Source of the DNA: an uncultured delta proteobacterium
GTDB lineage: Bacteria > Myxococcota_A > Polyangia > Polyangiales > Polyangiaceae
DNA length: 13,484 nucleotides
Direction: 5' to 3'
Assembly: GCA_903894755.1 (NCBI GenBank)
Contig: CAITRH010000317.1
Coordinates: 1-13,484, forward strand
The notes beneath the pieces are model-generated. The model worked only from the letters and a program-made list of their open reading frames with translations. It did no database searches and was not told the DNA's origin. Positions 1 to 9,300 of the stretch are shown here, in pieces. Position 1 is the stretch's first letter, and each line of letters begins with the position of its first letter. The position numbers were made by a program, and so were the translations under genes.

Positions 1-184
1 CGACGGTGGGAGTAGCGTGGGAGCCGACTCCGTGTCAAGGGAACGTGTGCCCGGATGCCAACTCCAACGTCTCTGGGAAGTGCACTGTTGGATGGCTCCT
101 TCAAGCACGAACTTTCATGGCCCCGAGTTTGCTGCAGTCAAGGCATTGGCTAGCGTCTACGGATTGGGAGCCACGGATTGGATT

Positions 185-192
185 AAGGAGGA
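185..192 (+). promoter_or_regulatory. Shine-Dalgarno AAGGAGGA for the 196-684 ORF
   Basis: Perfect anti-SD complement 4 nt upstream of ATG 196. Confidence 0.45.
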
Positions 193-195
193 GCA

Positions 196-684
196 ATGGG
201 CCTGCACTTTATTGGGTTTACTCTGAACACTATGGAGAATCTTGGTGACCGCTTTATGCGAAGTAGACGCGAGCGGCAAAATGCAATTGGACGCATGAAG
301 CAGGAAGTCTACGATTTCCTTCAGCAGTCAGGGCGTAGGCGCGCCCAAGTACACTTGGAGCGTTGTCAGCGCGAAGGAGAGAACCGGCAAGCACGGCGTC
401 TCTTTACCAGTGAGCTCAGGGCGGGGACTCACGCACTTCTATGGCGCTTCAAGTTGTGCCGAAAGGAATTGGCGGTTGCTCGACAGAGGCCGGAATGCCG
501 CACAGTAAGTCAGGCATGGAGAAGAGTCGCTGCGTCTGTTGCGGAAACGCCCTGCGAAGTTCCTGCTATCCAAGAAACTGCCACGCCTGCGGTAAACATC
601 ACGGTACAAAGTTTTGCCATGCATGCGGCGGTGCTGGAGTTCATGGGGGAAACTCTGGTCCTGATAGGAGATACCGAGCAATGA
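196..684 (+). CDS. Hypothetical Arg-rich small protein (162 aa), translationally coupled to the downstream Get3/ArsA-like ATPase
   Basis: ORF in track. A strong Shine-Dalgarno AAGGAGGA (185-192) lies just upstream of ATG 196. Its TGA (682-684) overlaps the downstream ATG 681 as ATGA. No recognisable family motifs, and GC3 is modest (about 54%). Confidence 0.4.
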   Translation: MGLHFIGFTLNTMENLGDRFMRSRRERQNAIGRMKQEVYDFLQQSGRRRAQVHLERCQREGENRQARRLFTSELRAGTHALLWRFKLCRKELAVARQRPECRTVSQAWRRVAASVAETPCEVPAIQETATPAVNITVQSFAMHAAVLEFMGETLVLIGDTEQ

Positions 685-2600
685 TCGCTTCCAGACCCAG
701 CTTTCTGACCCGCCGTGACCTAAGGCTCCTTTTGGTTGGAGGAAAGGGAGGCGTGGGAAAGACAACTTGTGCAACATCCACCGCGATTTACCTTGCCCGG
801 CGTGGGCGATCGAGCAAGTTCTTACTGGTTTCAACCGACCCCGCCCACTCCGTGGCCGACAGTCTAGGAGCAACCACCCCTCCCGCCAATCTCGAGGTTC
901 TGGAGCTCGATGCGGCCCAACGTTTGGAGGACTTCAAACGGGAACACGGCGACAAGTTCAAGACAATCGCCGAGCGCGGGACCTTCTTGGATAAGGACGA
1001 TGTGGGCCAATTCCTGGACCGCTCTCTTCCAGGGATGGACGAATTGATGGCGTTTCTGGAGATCTCCAAACGCGTCGAAAGCAAAGCCTACCGATGTGTG
1101 GTGGTAGATACGGCTCCAACAGGTCACACACTGCGTCTTCTTGCGATGCCCGTTCTTTTGCGCAAGTGGCTTGGAGCGCTCGATGTTCTCTTGGCCAAGC
1201 ATCGGTATATGAAGAGCATCTTTTCCAGAAGCCCCCAACCCGATGAGATCGACACGTTTCTGACAGGCATGTTGGCCTCGGTGAAGAAGATGCAACGGCT
1301 TCTGCGCGATCCCAAGCGAGCGGTCTTTGTGCCGGTGATGCTCGCGGAGATGCTGAGCATTGACGAGACCAGCATGCTCCTTCGTGAGCTTGCACACAAG
1401 AAAGTGCCTGTATCCGATATCATTGTCAATCGCCTCTACCCTGCCAGCGACTGTCCGGTGTGCTCGGACATCCATGCGCGCCAGTTCCAAGAGCTCAAAC
1501 TATGTCTTCCTCAATTGAGCCAGTACGTCGTTTGGGCAGCTCCGCTCTATCCCGAGGAGGTGCAGGGGGTCACTTCGCTCAATACCTTCTGGAAAGATGT
1601 GGTGCGGGTCACAGCCGCAACTTCGGCTCCGTCTGGTGCGCTGGCCGACCTCCGTCCTCTTGTGGAATTCGCTCCCGAGCTCCCCTCTAAAGAAATCCAA
1701 CTTGTTCTTTTTGCAGGCAAAGGTGGGGTTGGAAAGACCACCCTCGCGTGCGCCACCGCTTTGCGCCTGGCCCAGGACCTATCGGAAAGGAGCGTTTTCC
1801 TCTTTTCAACCGATCCCGCCCACTCGCTATCGGCGTGCTGGGATAGGCATATAGGGTCACAGCCTACGTCCCTCACGCGCAGGCTTAGCGCGATGGAGAT
1901 TGACGCTCAAGCCGAGTTCAAAGAGCTGCGAAACGCATATGAAAAGGAACTAGCTCATTTCATCAAGTCGCTCTTGGGGAAAGTGGACCTCAAGTTCGAC
2001 CGAGAGGTGATGGAGAGAATTATGGATCTCTCCCCTCCCGGAATCGATGAAATTATGGCCCTCACCCTCGTCATGGACCTGCTCTCGGCAAAGAAATACG
2101 ATGTGTTTGTGTTGGACTGCGCTCCAACAGGGCATCTCATTCGCCTTCTGGAGCTTCCTCAGCTTATCGATGATTGGCTCAAGACCTTTTTTGGCCTCTT
2201 TGCAAAGTATGGACGCATCTTCAGACTTCCAAAGATCTTCCGTCGCATGACCCAAATATCCGCGCAGATCCAACAGTTGCGTAAGCTCTTCGCCGACCCG
2301 TCCCGCTCCACCATCTATGGCGTAAGCATCCTTACCGAGATGAGCTTTGAAGAAACCAAGGACCTCGTGGGCTCGGCAAAGCGACTCAACATTAGTTTGC
2401 CTGTGATCTTTCACAACCTTGCCACAGCCCCCTCCTCTTGCTCGTTGTGCAGTGCGCTCGTGCAACGAGAATCGAAACTTCGAAGTAAGTTTCTGGAGAC
2501 CTTCCCGTCCACTGCCCAGCCTCTCGTTTACCGAAGAGGCGAGCCGCGTGGACTGACCAACCTCGAAGCACTTGGTCAGGTGCTGTACCAAGAGCGGTGA
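681..2600 (+). CDS. Two-domain ArsA/Get3(TRC40)-family anion-transporting/targeting ATPase with a CXXC in each half
   Basis: Two P-loops (LLVGGKGGVGKTT and VLFAGKGGVGKTT), each followed by STDPAHS. Two DTAPTGH signature motifs (VVDTAPTGHTLRLL and VLDCAPTGHLIRLL). Get3-type CXXC after each half: CPVC at 1452-1463 and CSLC at 2439-2450. Start 681 is preferred because of SD AGGAGA (666-671) and the ATGA overlap with the upstream ORF. The track ORF begins at 441 with a Cys-rich extension. Confidence 0.85.
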   Translation: MIASRPSFLTRRDLRLLLVGGKGGVGKTTCATSTAIYLARRGRSSKFLLVSTDPAHSVADSLGATTPPANLEVLELDAAQRLEDFKREHGDKFKTIAERGTFLDKDDVGQFLDRSLPGMDELMAFLEISKRVESKAYRCVVVDTAPTGHTLRLLAMPVLLRKWLGALDVLLAKHRYMKSIFSRSPQPDEIDTFLTGMLASVKKMQRLLRDPKRAVFVPVMLAEMLSIDETSMLLRELAHKKVPVSDIIVNRLYPASDCPVCSDIHARQFQELKLCLPQLSQYVVWAAPLYPEEVQGVTSLNTFWKDVVRVTAATSAPSGALADLRPLVEFAPELPSKEIQLVLFAGKGGVGKTTLACATALRLAQDLSERSVFLFSTDPAHSLSACWDRHIGSQPTSLTRRLSAMEIDAQAEFKELRNAYEKELAHFIKSLLGKVDLKFDREVMERIMDLSPPGIDEIMALTLVMDLLSAKKYDVFVLDCAPTGHLIRLLELPQLIDDWLKTFFGLFAKYGRIFRLPKIFRRMTQISAQIQQLRKLFADPSRSTIYGVSILTEMSFEETKDLVGSAKRLNISLPVIFHNLATAPSSCSLCSALVQRESKLRSKFLETFPSTAQPLVYRRGEPRGLTNLEALGQVLYQER

Positions 2601-2685
2601 AGTTTTCTCCTACACTTCCCAACAAGGCACGCTACGCTACGGGTACATGGCCGCAGACCGCACCGACCGCACCAAGAGGGATCCC

Positions 2686-5196
2686 ATGGACGACCGCACG
2701 ATCAAACGCGACTTGGTTCTTGCCCCCAATGAATACGCCTATATGCAGGATGTCACCAAGGGCGTCATCAAAACGTACACCGGGCCCACCGTCATCAACC
2801 CCACCGCACAAGAACGCGCCGTTGTCTTCAACCAGGAGTCCAAGCGCTTCGACCCCTGTCCGCTCGAAGGGGCCGTGCAACTCTCGGCCATCGCTCCTGA
2901 AGGCTACTACATCATCCTCAAGAACCCCGCAGTCAAAGGGGACCGTCCCGCCACAGGCGGCGTGTATGCCACCCCAGACCTGGACATCGGCAAGAAGATC
3001 AACATCACCGGCCCTTGCATCTTTGCCCTCTGGCCGGGACAGATCTTCAAGCTCGTTCAAGGCCATCATCTGCGCTCGAACCAGTACTTGTTGGTCCGCG
3101 TCTACAATGAGGAAGAGGCGCGCAAAAACTGGGGCAAAGCCATCATCAAACCCGCATCGCCCGATACCTCCGCAGAAAGCTACGTCATCAACGCCCCCCC
3201 CTCGGACCTGAGCGTTGGCAAGCTCTTTATCATCAAAGGAACCGACGTCTCCTTCTATATCCCTCCCACCGGCGTTGGCGTTGTGCCCGACGAGCAGCGG
3301 TTGTATGTCCGTGACGCGCTCACCCTCGAACGCCTCGAATATTGCATCCTGGTCGAGCAGAACGGCAAAAAACGCTACGAACGCGGTCCACAGGTCGTGT
3401 TCCCCCAACCTACAGAGTCCTTCATCGTTCGCGACGCTCAACGTAAGTTCCGAGCGCTGGAGCTCAACGAAATCCAAGGACTCCACATCAAAGTGATCGC
3501 CCCCTACGAAGAGGCTGGACGCACCTTCAAAGAGGGAGACGAGATCTTTATCACTGGAAAAGAAACTGCAATCTACTTCCCCCGCGAGGAACACTCGTTG
3601 GTCCGCTACGATGGACGAGACAAACACTTCGCTGTCGCCGTACCAGCTGGGGAAGCGCGCTACGTCATGAACCGCAAGGCCGGCGACATCCGCATGATCC
3701 GCGGGCCTGCCATGTTGCTCCCCAACCCTGTGGAAGAAGTCATTGTCCGCCGTATCCTGTCGGACAAAGAATGCTCTACCTGGTACCCAGGCAACGACGA
3801 GGCCCTGGCCTACAATCGAAGCCTTCGTCAGCTCGCCGTGGTCACCCCCACCACCAGGTCTGGAGTGGTCTCCGAGGGGGACGTGGAGCGCAGTCGAAAG
3901 CGGGATGCCAAGGGCCATCATCAGGCGGGTCCAGTGACCATGGAGGCCAGTTTCGTCTCTCGTGACAGTACAGCCATGATGGGGGATGTCGTCGAGCGCG
4001 GTTCGAACTTCACCCAGCCGCGGACCCTTGTGTTCAACACCAAGTTTGAGGGCGTCCCCAACCTGTGCATCTGGGTCGGCTATGCAATGATGGTCGTGGA
4101 CAAGAAGGGGAGCCGAAGGGTCGAGCAGGGGCCCAAGAGCATTCTCCTCGAATACGATGAGGCTTTGGAAATCATCCACCTTTCCAAGGGACTTCCCAAG
4201 TCGTCGCAACAGCGCATACAAACCGTGTTTCTGCGTGTGCTCAACAACAAAGTGAGCGATATCTGTGAGGTCGAGACCGTCGACCACGTCCGCGTGAAGC
4301 TCACCTACTCGCTCCGCGTCAGCTTCGATGGAGACCCAAACCGTTGGTTCGAGGTCGAGAACTATGTGCAGTACCTGTGCGATCATATCCGCTCGGTGCT
4401 CAAGGGGACCACAAAGAGAACCACCATCGAGGCCTTCTACGCCAGCGCAGTCGACATCGTACGCGATACCATCCTAGGCAAGGCGCAAGACAAAGGGGAA
4501 CGTCCCGGTATGCGCTTCGCTGAGAACGGCATGCATGTGACCGATGTCGAGCTGCTTGATGTTGCCATTGGTGACGAGCGCATCGCAACGCTTCTCAACC
4601 AAGCGCAACACGAGGTGGTGCAGAGCAACATTGGGCTTCTTCGGGCAGGACGGAACCTAGAGGTCGTCAAGAAACAGGAGGACCTCCAACGGCAGGAGGC
4701 GGAGGCAAAGGCAATCACCACCAAGAGGAAAGCCGAGCTCGAGATGGACGACATTGGCGCGAAGCTTCAAGTGGAGCTCACGCGCATTGGAGCCGAGATC
4801 AAGCAACAGGAGCTCGCCGAGGGGGCCGCAAAGGCAAGGAACCTCGCGCTCGACGTGGATCACCAAGCAAAACTGTACCGAGCGCGTCTCACCGAAGGCC
4901 AACGTCAGGAAATGGAGACCAAGGATCAAACGTTGCGTCTCGAGGGGCTACGTGTCGAGGCGGAGACCATGGTGGAGCGGTTCGAGGCTGCGCAGGGGGG
5001 CTTCTCCGAGGCGTTATTGGCGCTCTCCAACCAGGAGACGTTGGTAAAGGTGGCCCAAGCCATGAGTGTACAGAGCTTCATTGGCGGCAAGACCCTAACC
5101 GACGTGATCGACAAGATCTTTGCCAATACGCCGCTGCAGGCAGTGGTCGAGACGGTCAAGGCCAAAGCAAGCCTTCCCGAGAAGCCTGCGAAGTAG
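2686..5196 (+). CDS. Major vault protein (MVP) homologue, full length (837 aa): N-terminal MVP repeats, shoulder, cap-helix coiled coil and cap-ring
   Basis: The N-terminus IKRDLVLAPNEYAYMQDVTKG..GP..ERVVF repeats the pattern of MVP repeat 1 (IIRIPPYHYIHVLDQN..GP..ERVLF), recurring at about a 50-55 aa period. The shoulder region (VETVDHVRVKLTYSLRVSF, VENYVQYLCDHIRSVLKGTTKRTTIEAFY) aligns with vertebrate MVP ([50 protein letters not shown]). A long Glu/Ala/Lys/Arg coiled coil and a terminal LTDVIDKIFAN follow, similar to MVP's ITDGSTPINLFNTA. GC3 is high. Start ATG 2686 has SD AAGAGGG (2674-2680); alternative in-frame starts are 2572 and 2647. Confidence 0.8.
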   Translation: MDDRTIKRDLVLAPNEYAYMQDVTKGVIKTYTGPTVINPTAQERAVVFNQESKRFDPCPLEGAVQLSAIAPEGYYIILKNPAVKGDRPATGGVYATPDLDIGKKINITGPCIFALWPGQIFKLVQGHHLRSNQYLLVRVYNEEEARKNWGKAIIKPASPDTSAESYVINAPPSDLSVGKLFIIKGTDVSFYIPPTGVGVVPDEQRLYVRDALTLERLEYCILVEQNGKKRYERGPQVVFPQPTESFIVRDAQRKFRALELNEIQGLHIKVIAPYEEAGRTFKEGDEIFITGKETAIYFPREEHSLVRYDGRDKHFAVAVPAGEARYVMNRKAGDIRMIRGPAMLLPNPVEEVIVRRILSDKECSTWYPGNDEALAYNRSLRQLAVVTPTTRSGVVSEGDVERSRKRDAKGHHQAGPVTMEASFVSRDSTAMMGDVVERGSNFTQPRTLVFNTKFEGVPNLCIWVGYAMMVVDKKGSRRVEQGPKSILLEYDEALEIIHLSKGLPKSSQQRIQTVFLRVLNNKVSDICEVETVDHVRVKLTYSLRVSFDGDPNRWFEVENYVQYLCDHIRSVLKGTTKRTTIEAFYASAVDIVRDTILGKAQDKGERPGMRFAENGMHVTDVELLDVAIGDERIATLLNQAQHEVVQSNIGLLRAGRNLEVVKKQEDLQRQEAEAKAITTKRKAELEMDDIGAKLQVELTRIGAEIKQQELAEGAAKARNLALDVDHQAKLYRARLTEGQRQEMETKDQTLRLEGLRVEAETMVERFEAAQGGFSEALLALSNQETLVKVAQAMSVQSFIGGKTLTDVIDKIFANTPLQAVVETVKAKASLPEKPAK

Positions 5197-5219
5197 ACGG
5201 CCCGATAGCCCGGCATCCC

Positions 5220-6389
5220 ATGCGCTTTGTCCATACAAGCGATTGGCACGCAGGACGGGTCTGGCGTGGGCTGTCGCGGCTGGCTGAACTGGAACGCGTT
5301 CTCGACCACCTTGCGCAGTACCTGGAGCGCGAACGCGTCGATCTTCTGCTGGTCACGGGTGACGTCTTCGACAACGGTGCACCGTCCGCTGAAGCCGAAC
5401 GCGTTGTGTTCCAGTTCTTCTGTCGCGTTGGCCGCGCTCGCATACCCAGCGTGGTCATTGCTGGCAATCACGACAGTCCATCACGCATGGAGGCTTGGGG
5501 AGCACTCGCCGAGCTCGTGTCGGTCCATGCCATCGCTCGTCCGCGCGGGCCTGACCAGGGGGGAGTCCTCGAGCTCACCACGAGGTCCAATGAAAAAGTT
5601 CTCGTAGCGGCTCTCCCCTTTGCCAGCGCGGGGGCTTTTGTCTCCGCAACAGCGCTTGCCGAGGACGATACACGGGCTCGTCGGTCCTATTGCATGGGGC
5701 TTGCCCAGCTGTCGCAGCAGTTGAGCGCGCGGTTTCGGGACGACGCTGTCAACTTGTTTCTTGCCCATACCCATCTGGATGGCGCTCGGCTTAGCGAATC
5801 CGAGCGTGAAGTGCATGTGACAGACGCGTGGACTGCATTGCCTTCCGCCTTTCCAGCATCCGCAACCTACGTAGCGCTAGGACACCTGCACCGTCCCCAG
5901 CGCATGGACTCGGTGGCCTCACCTGCCTACTACGCAGGGTCGCCGATGCAACTTGACTTCGGCGAGGTGGGGGATGTCAAGTCGTTTGTCGTGGTGGAAG
6001 CCGCTGCAGGGAAGGCCCCGCTCATCGAGCTTGTACGCTACGAAGGGGCGCGGGGGCTTCGCGACGTGCGTGCAACGCTTTCGGAGCTCGAGGGGTTGGC
6101 TCCAACGTTGGGCGACTTGTGGCTTCGAGTGCGGGTTCCTCTGGAACGTCGCGACCCTGATCTTTCTGCAAAGGTCCGGCTGCTTCTCCCCAATGCCATT
6201 GTCATTCAAGACGAGCTTGCTCCGGGGGGGGCTACAAAGATAGAAGACGCTGCGCAGCCTCCGTCGGGTCTGGTAGCAGGGGGAGGATTTGCGGCGTATT
6301 TTCTTGAGGCCCATGGGTGTCCCGCAGACCAGGAGCTGCTGGCCGAGTTCGAGGCGTTGAGGCTCCGTACGCTGGCGGAGGAGCCATGA
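5220..6389 (+). CDS. sbcD: SbcD (Mre11-family) dsDNA exonuclease/hairpin endonuclease subunit
   Basis: All calcineurin-like phosphoesterase motifs are intact: HTSDWHAG, VTGDVFDNG, IAGNHDSP, FLAHTHLDGA, ALGHLHRP. Starts 23 bp after the MVP stop. Its stop overlaps the sbcC start (ATGA at 6386-6389). Confidence 0.9.
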   Translation: MRFVHTSDWHAGRVWRGLSRLAELERVLDHLAQYLERERVDLLLVTGDVFDNGAPSAEAERVVFQFFCRVGRARIPSVVIAGNHDSPSRMEAWGALAELVSVHAIARPRGPDQGGVLELTTRSNEKVLVAALPFASAGAFVSATALAEDDTRARRSYCMGLAQLSQQLSARFRDDAVNLFLAHTHLDGARLSESEREVHVTDAWTALPSAFPASATYVALGHLHRPQRMDSVASPAYYAGSPMQLDFGEVGDVKSFVVVEAAAGKAPLIELVRYEGARGLRDVRATLSELEGLAPTLGDLWLRVRVPLERRDPDLSAKVRLLLPNAIVIQDELAPGGATKIEDAAQPPSGLVAGGGFAAYFLEAHGCPADQELLAEFEALRLRTLAEEP

Positions 6390-9300
6390 GACCCCTCGAA
6401 ATTGCCTTGTCTGGATTCACCTGCTTCAAGCAAGAGACGGTCATTTCACTGCGCGACCTGGACGTGTTCACCATTGCAGGAACCACGGGAGCAGGCAAGA
6501 CGAGCCTCCTCGACGCCATGTTGTTCGCGCTCTTCGGCCGTGTCCCCAGGGTGGGACGTAGTTGTGCGGACCTGATCTCCTCGGGACTTGACCGCATGTC
6601 CGTGCGTCTTGCGTTCCGCATGGGCGACAAAGAGTTTACAGTGTCGCGTATCCTGCGACGTGGTCGCGCTGCAATCGCGCAGCTCGACGACGCCAACGGC
6701 GCTGTCGCAAACGGCGTGCGCGAGGTTGACGACGCTATCGAGCGTCTTGTTGGCATGCCTTTCGACACCTTTGTGCAGGCCGCAGTGCTCCCCCAAGGGG
6801 AGTTCGCCCGATTCCTGAAGAGCACACAGTCCAACAGGACAAAAATCCTTCGCGACCTTCTCCGAGTCGAGGTCTACGAGCGGATGCGATTGGTTGCAGT
6901 CGCGTCGGAGCAGGCGCTCGCCAAGACCCTTACGTTTACCGACAATTTGCTCGCCACGGACTTCGCCGGGGCCACCCCGGAAGCCATGACCGCGCTGTCT
7001 CAGGAGTTCTCCCGTTGCATCGAGGGGAATGAGGCGCGGGCGGAACGTTCCCTCGAGGTGCGTTCCAAAGCATCCGAGCTGCGTACACTGTTTGAGAAGG
7101 GGGTGACCCTCGACAAGCTGCAAGCCGAGCGTGTGGCTCTCGAGGCCGAGCGCTCCCTGGCCGAGCGGGCCGCAACCGAGTGCGATGCTGCCGAACGGGC
7201 TCTGCGTGTGGAGCCGCTCCTGCGAGCGGTGGATGAAGCGGCCGTGGCTTTTGCCCTTCGTGAACAAGGTCGTCTCGCTAGGGGGGCGGCAGTAGGGCAA
7301 GCCGAGGTGATCCTTGGAAAGTGCCAGGCCGACTTCGAGCAAGCCAGCCATGCTGCTGAGGCTCTCCCGGGGCTTCGGGCTCGTTGCAGCGCCCTCGATG
7401 CTGTAATTGGTGTACTCGCTCCGTTGGCTTCCGAGCGTCGATCGCTCGAAGGTCTCAGGAAACGGCAGGGAAAACTGGTCGAGGAACTGGACCTACTGAG
7501 CCGAGAGCTTGCAGTGCTCGATGCACGTTGCCGTTCCGCGGAGCAGGCGTCGGCAGTCGCTCGAGCGCGGGTCACGGGGTGCGGCTACGATCCTCAGAGC
7601 ACGGAGCGTCTCGAGGCGCTTCGCCCCGCAGTGGAGCGTCTCGGGGAGCTTCGACGTGAGCTGTCCGGGGTCCAGACGGAAGCTGCAAGGGGAGAAGCCT
7701 CCGTGACCTCCAGGACTGGGGCAGTAGCCGAGGCAAGACATGGGTTGGAGGCCGCGCTGTTGGCGCATCAGGAAGCTGAAAAGGGGGCCGCACGGGCGGT
7801 TTCCGAGGTCGACGCTGGGACCCGTGTGGATCACGCGAGGGCGCTTGCAACGAGCCTGGTGGTTGGTCAGTCCTGTCCGGTCTGTGCGCAAACAGTCCTT
7901 GCGGTTCCAACGGTGCCCGAGGCTGTCGACAAAGGGGCGCTTGTCGAGCGTCGTCACCGAGCTGTCGCAGAGGAGCGGAAGGCGTTCGAGCTGCGTTTGA
8001 AGAAGCAGGCTGCACTTGGCGAGGCCGAAAGGCGGCTTGCGGAGGCGAAGGAGACGACTGCGGCGCTAGGCGGACATCGTGTGACCCTAGAGGCCGGACT
8101 GCGGGCCGCAGAAGCGAGCCTCGAGGAGCTTTCGCGTGGCCTTGTTTCTGCTGCTACGGGGACTGTAGAAGCGCGGGTTCTTGCTGCGCTCACCCGTGCC
8201 ATGGCGATGCGACGGGCTTATGACGAAGCGGTTGCAGAGCAACGTCGCGCGGACGACTCCTTGGCTCAGGGGCGCAGCGCCGTGGATGGCAGGAAGCACG
8301 GGGTGGCTGCCCTCGAGGCCCAGCGGAGCACGTTGGATGCACAGGCAGCGGCGGTCCAGCAGACCGTTGCCAGTTGGGAGCAGCAACTGCGGGCCGTGAC
8401 AGAGCATCCGGATCCTCGGCGTGAGCGACGGGAGCTTGGGGAGCGGATCGAGGGGCTTGAGGCGGCGTTGCATCAGGCGCGTAGCTCCTCTGAGCCCGCG
8501 CAGGCTGCTGCGAGCCATGCGAGGAGCCTCCTCGAGCTTGCGCTGAAGGAGGCGCTGGTTGCAGAGGCCAACGTCATCGAGGCGAGGCGAGCGGGCGAGG
8601 CTGCTGCGCTGGCGCATGGCTTTCTTTCGCTGGACCAGACGCGCGATGCTGTGAGAACTCCTACGGACTTGCAGCGACTTAGGACCACAGTGTCGTCGTT
8701 TGAACGTCGCGCCCATGCGCTGGACGGTCAGATGTCCGGGCTCGCTCTCGAGCTCGGGGACCGTCGGGTTGATGCTGCAACGCTCAGGGAGGTGGAGTCC
8801 GAGCTGGCGGAGCTGTTGGCGCTGCACGACAGCGAGAGGAAGCGCGAAGGGGGGCTTGCTGCGGAGCTTTTGGCGATGGCGCGTCGAGTCGATCGGGCAG
8901 CGGCGCTTCGTGCCGAGCACGCGATCCAGACGCGGTCGCGCGGCATATTGCATCAATTGGCTGACAACCTAGGGACCACGAAGTTCCAGCAGTACATGTT
9001 GCGGGAGACGCTGTCGGACCTGGTGGCGCGCGCGAGCACGCGGCTTTACCGGTTGTCGACGGAGCGTTACACACTGGAGCTGCGCGATGACGACTTCTTC
9101 GTAGTGGATCACGACAATGCCGAGGAGCGTCGTCCAGCGACCACGTTGAGCGGGGGCGAGACGTTTCTTGCGTCCTTGGCGCTGGCACTTGAGTTGTCCG
9201 AGCAGGTGCAGCGAGCGGCGGGGGCGATACGGCTCGACAGTTTGTTTATCGATGAGGGGTTTGCGAGTCTGGATCACGAGTTCCTCGATGCAGCGGCGGA

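Noticed and set aside
1-248. Two frames open from the window start (to 226 and 248), possibly the 3' end of an upstream gene
   Set aside because: Low GC3, no motifs, and they would overlap the well-supported SD and start at 185-198. More likely intergenic or promoter sequence.
2632-4386. Long antisense ORFs inside MVP (2632-4386 minus), the ATPase (1950-2591 minus), sbcC (6446-7351 minus, 8087-8956 minus) and the MCE gene (11743-12531 minus)
   Set aside because: These are typical stop-poor antisense frames of high-GC coding DNA. They have no SD or recognisable motifs and overlap strongly supported genes.
6317-6385. 23-aa N-terminal extension of sbcC from ATG 6317
   Set aside because: It lies inside the sbcD coding region. 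ATG 6386 gives the canonical SbcC N-terminus, an SD and the ATGA coupling.
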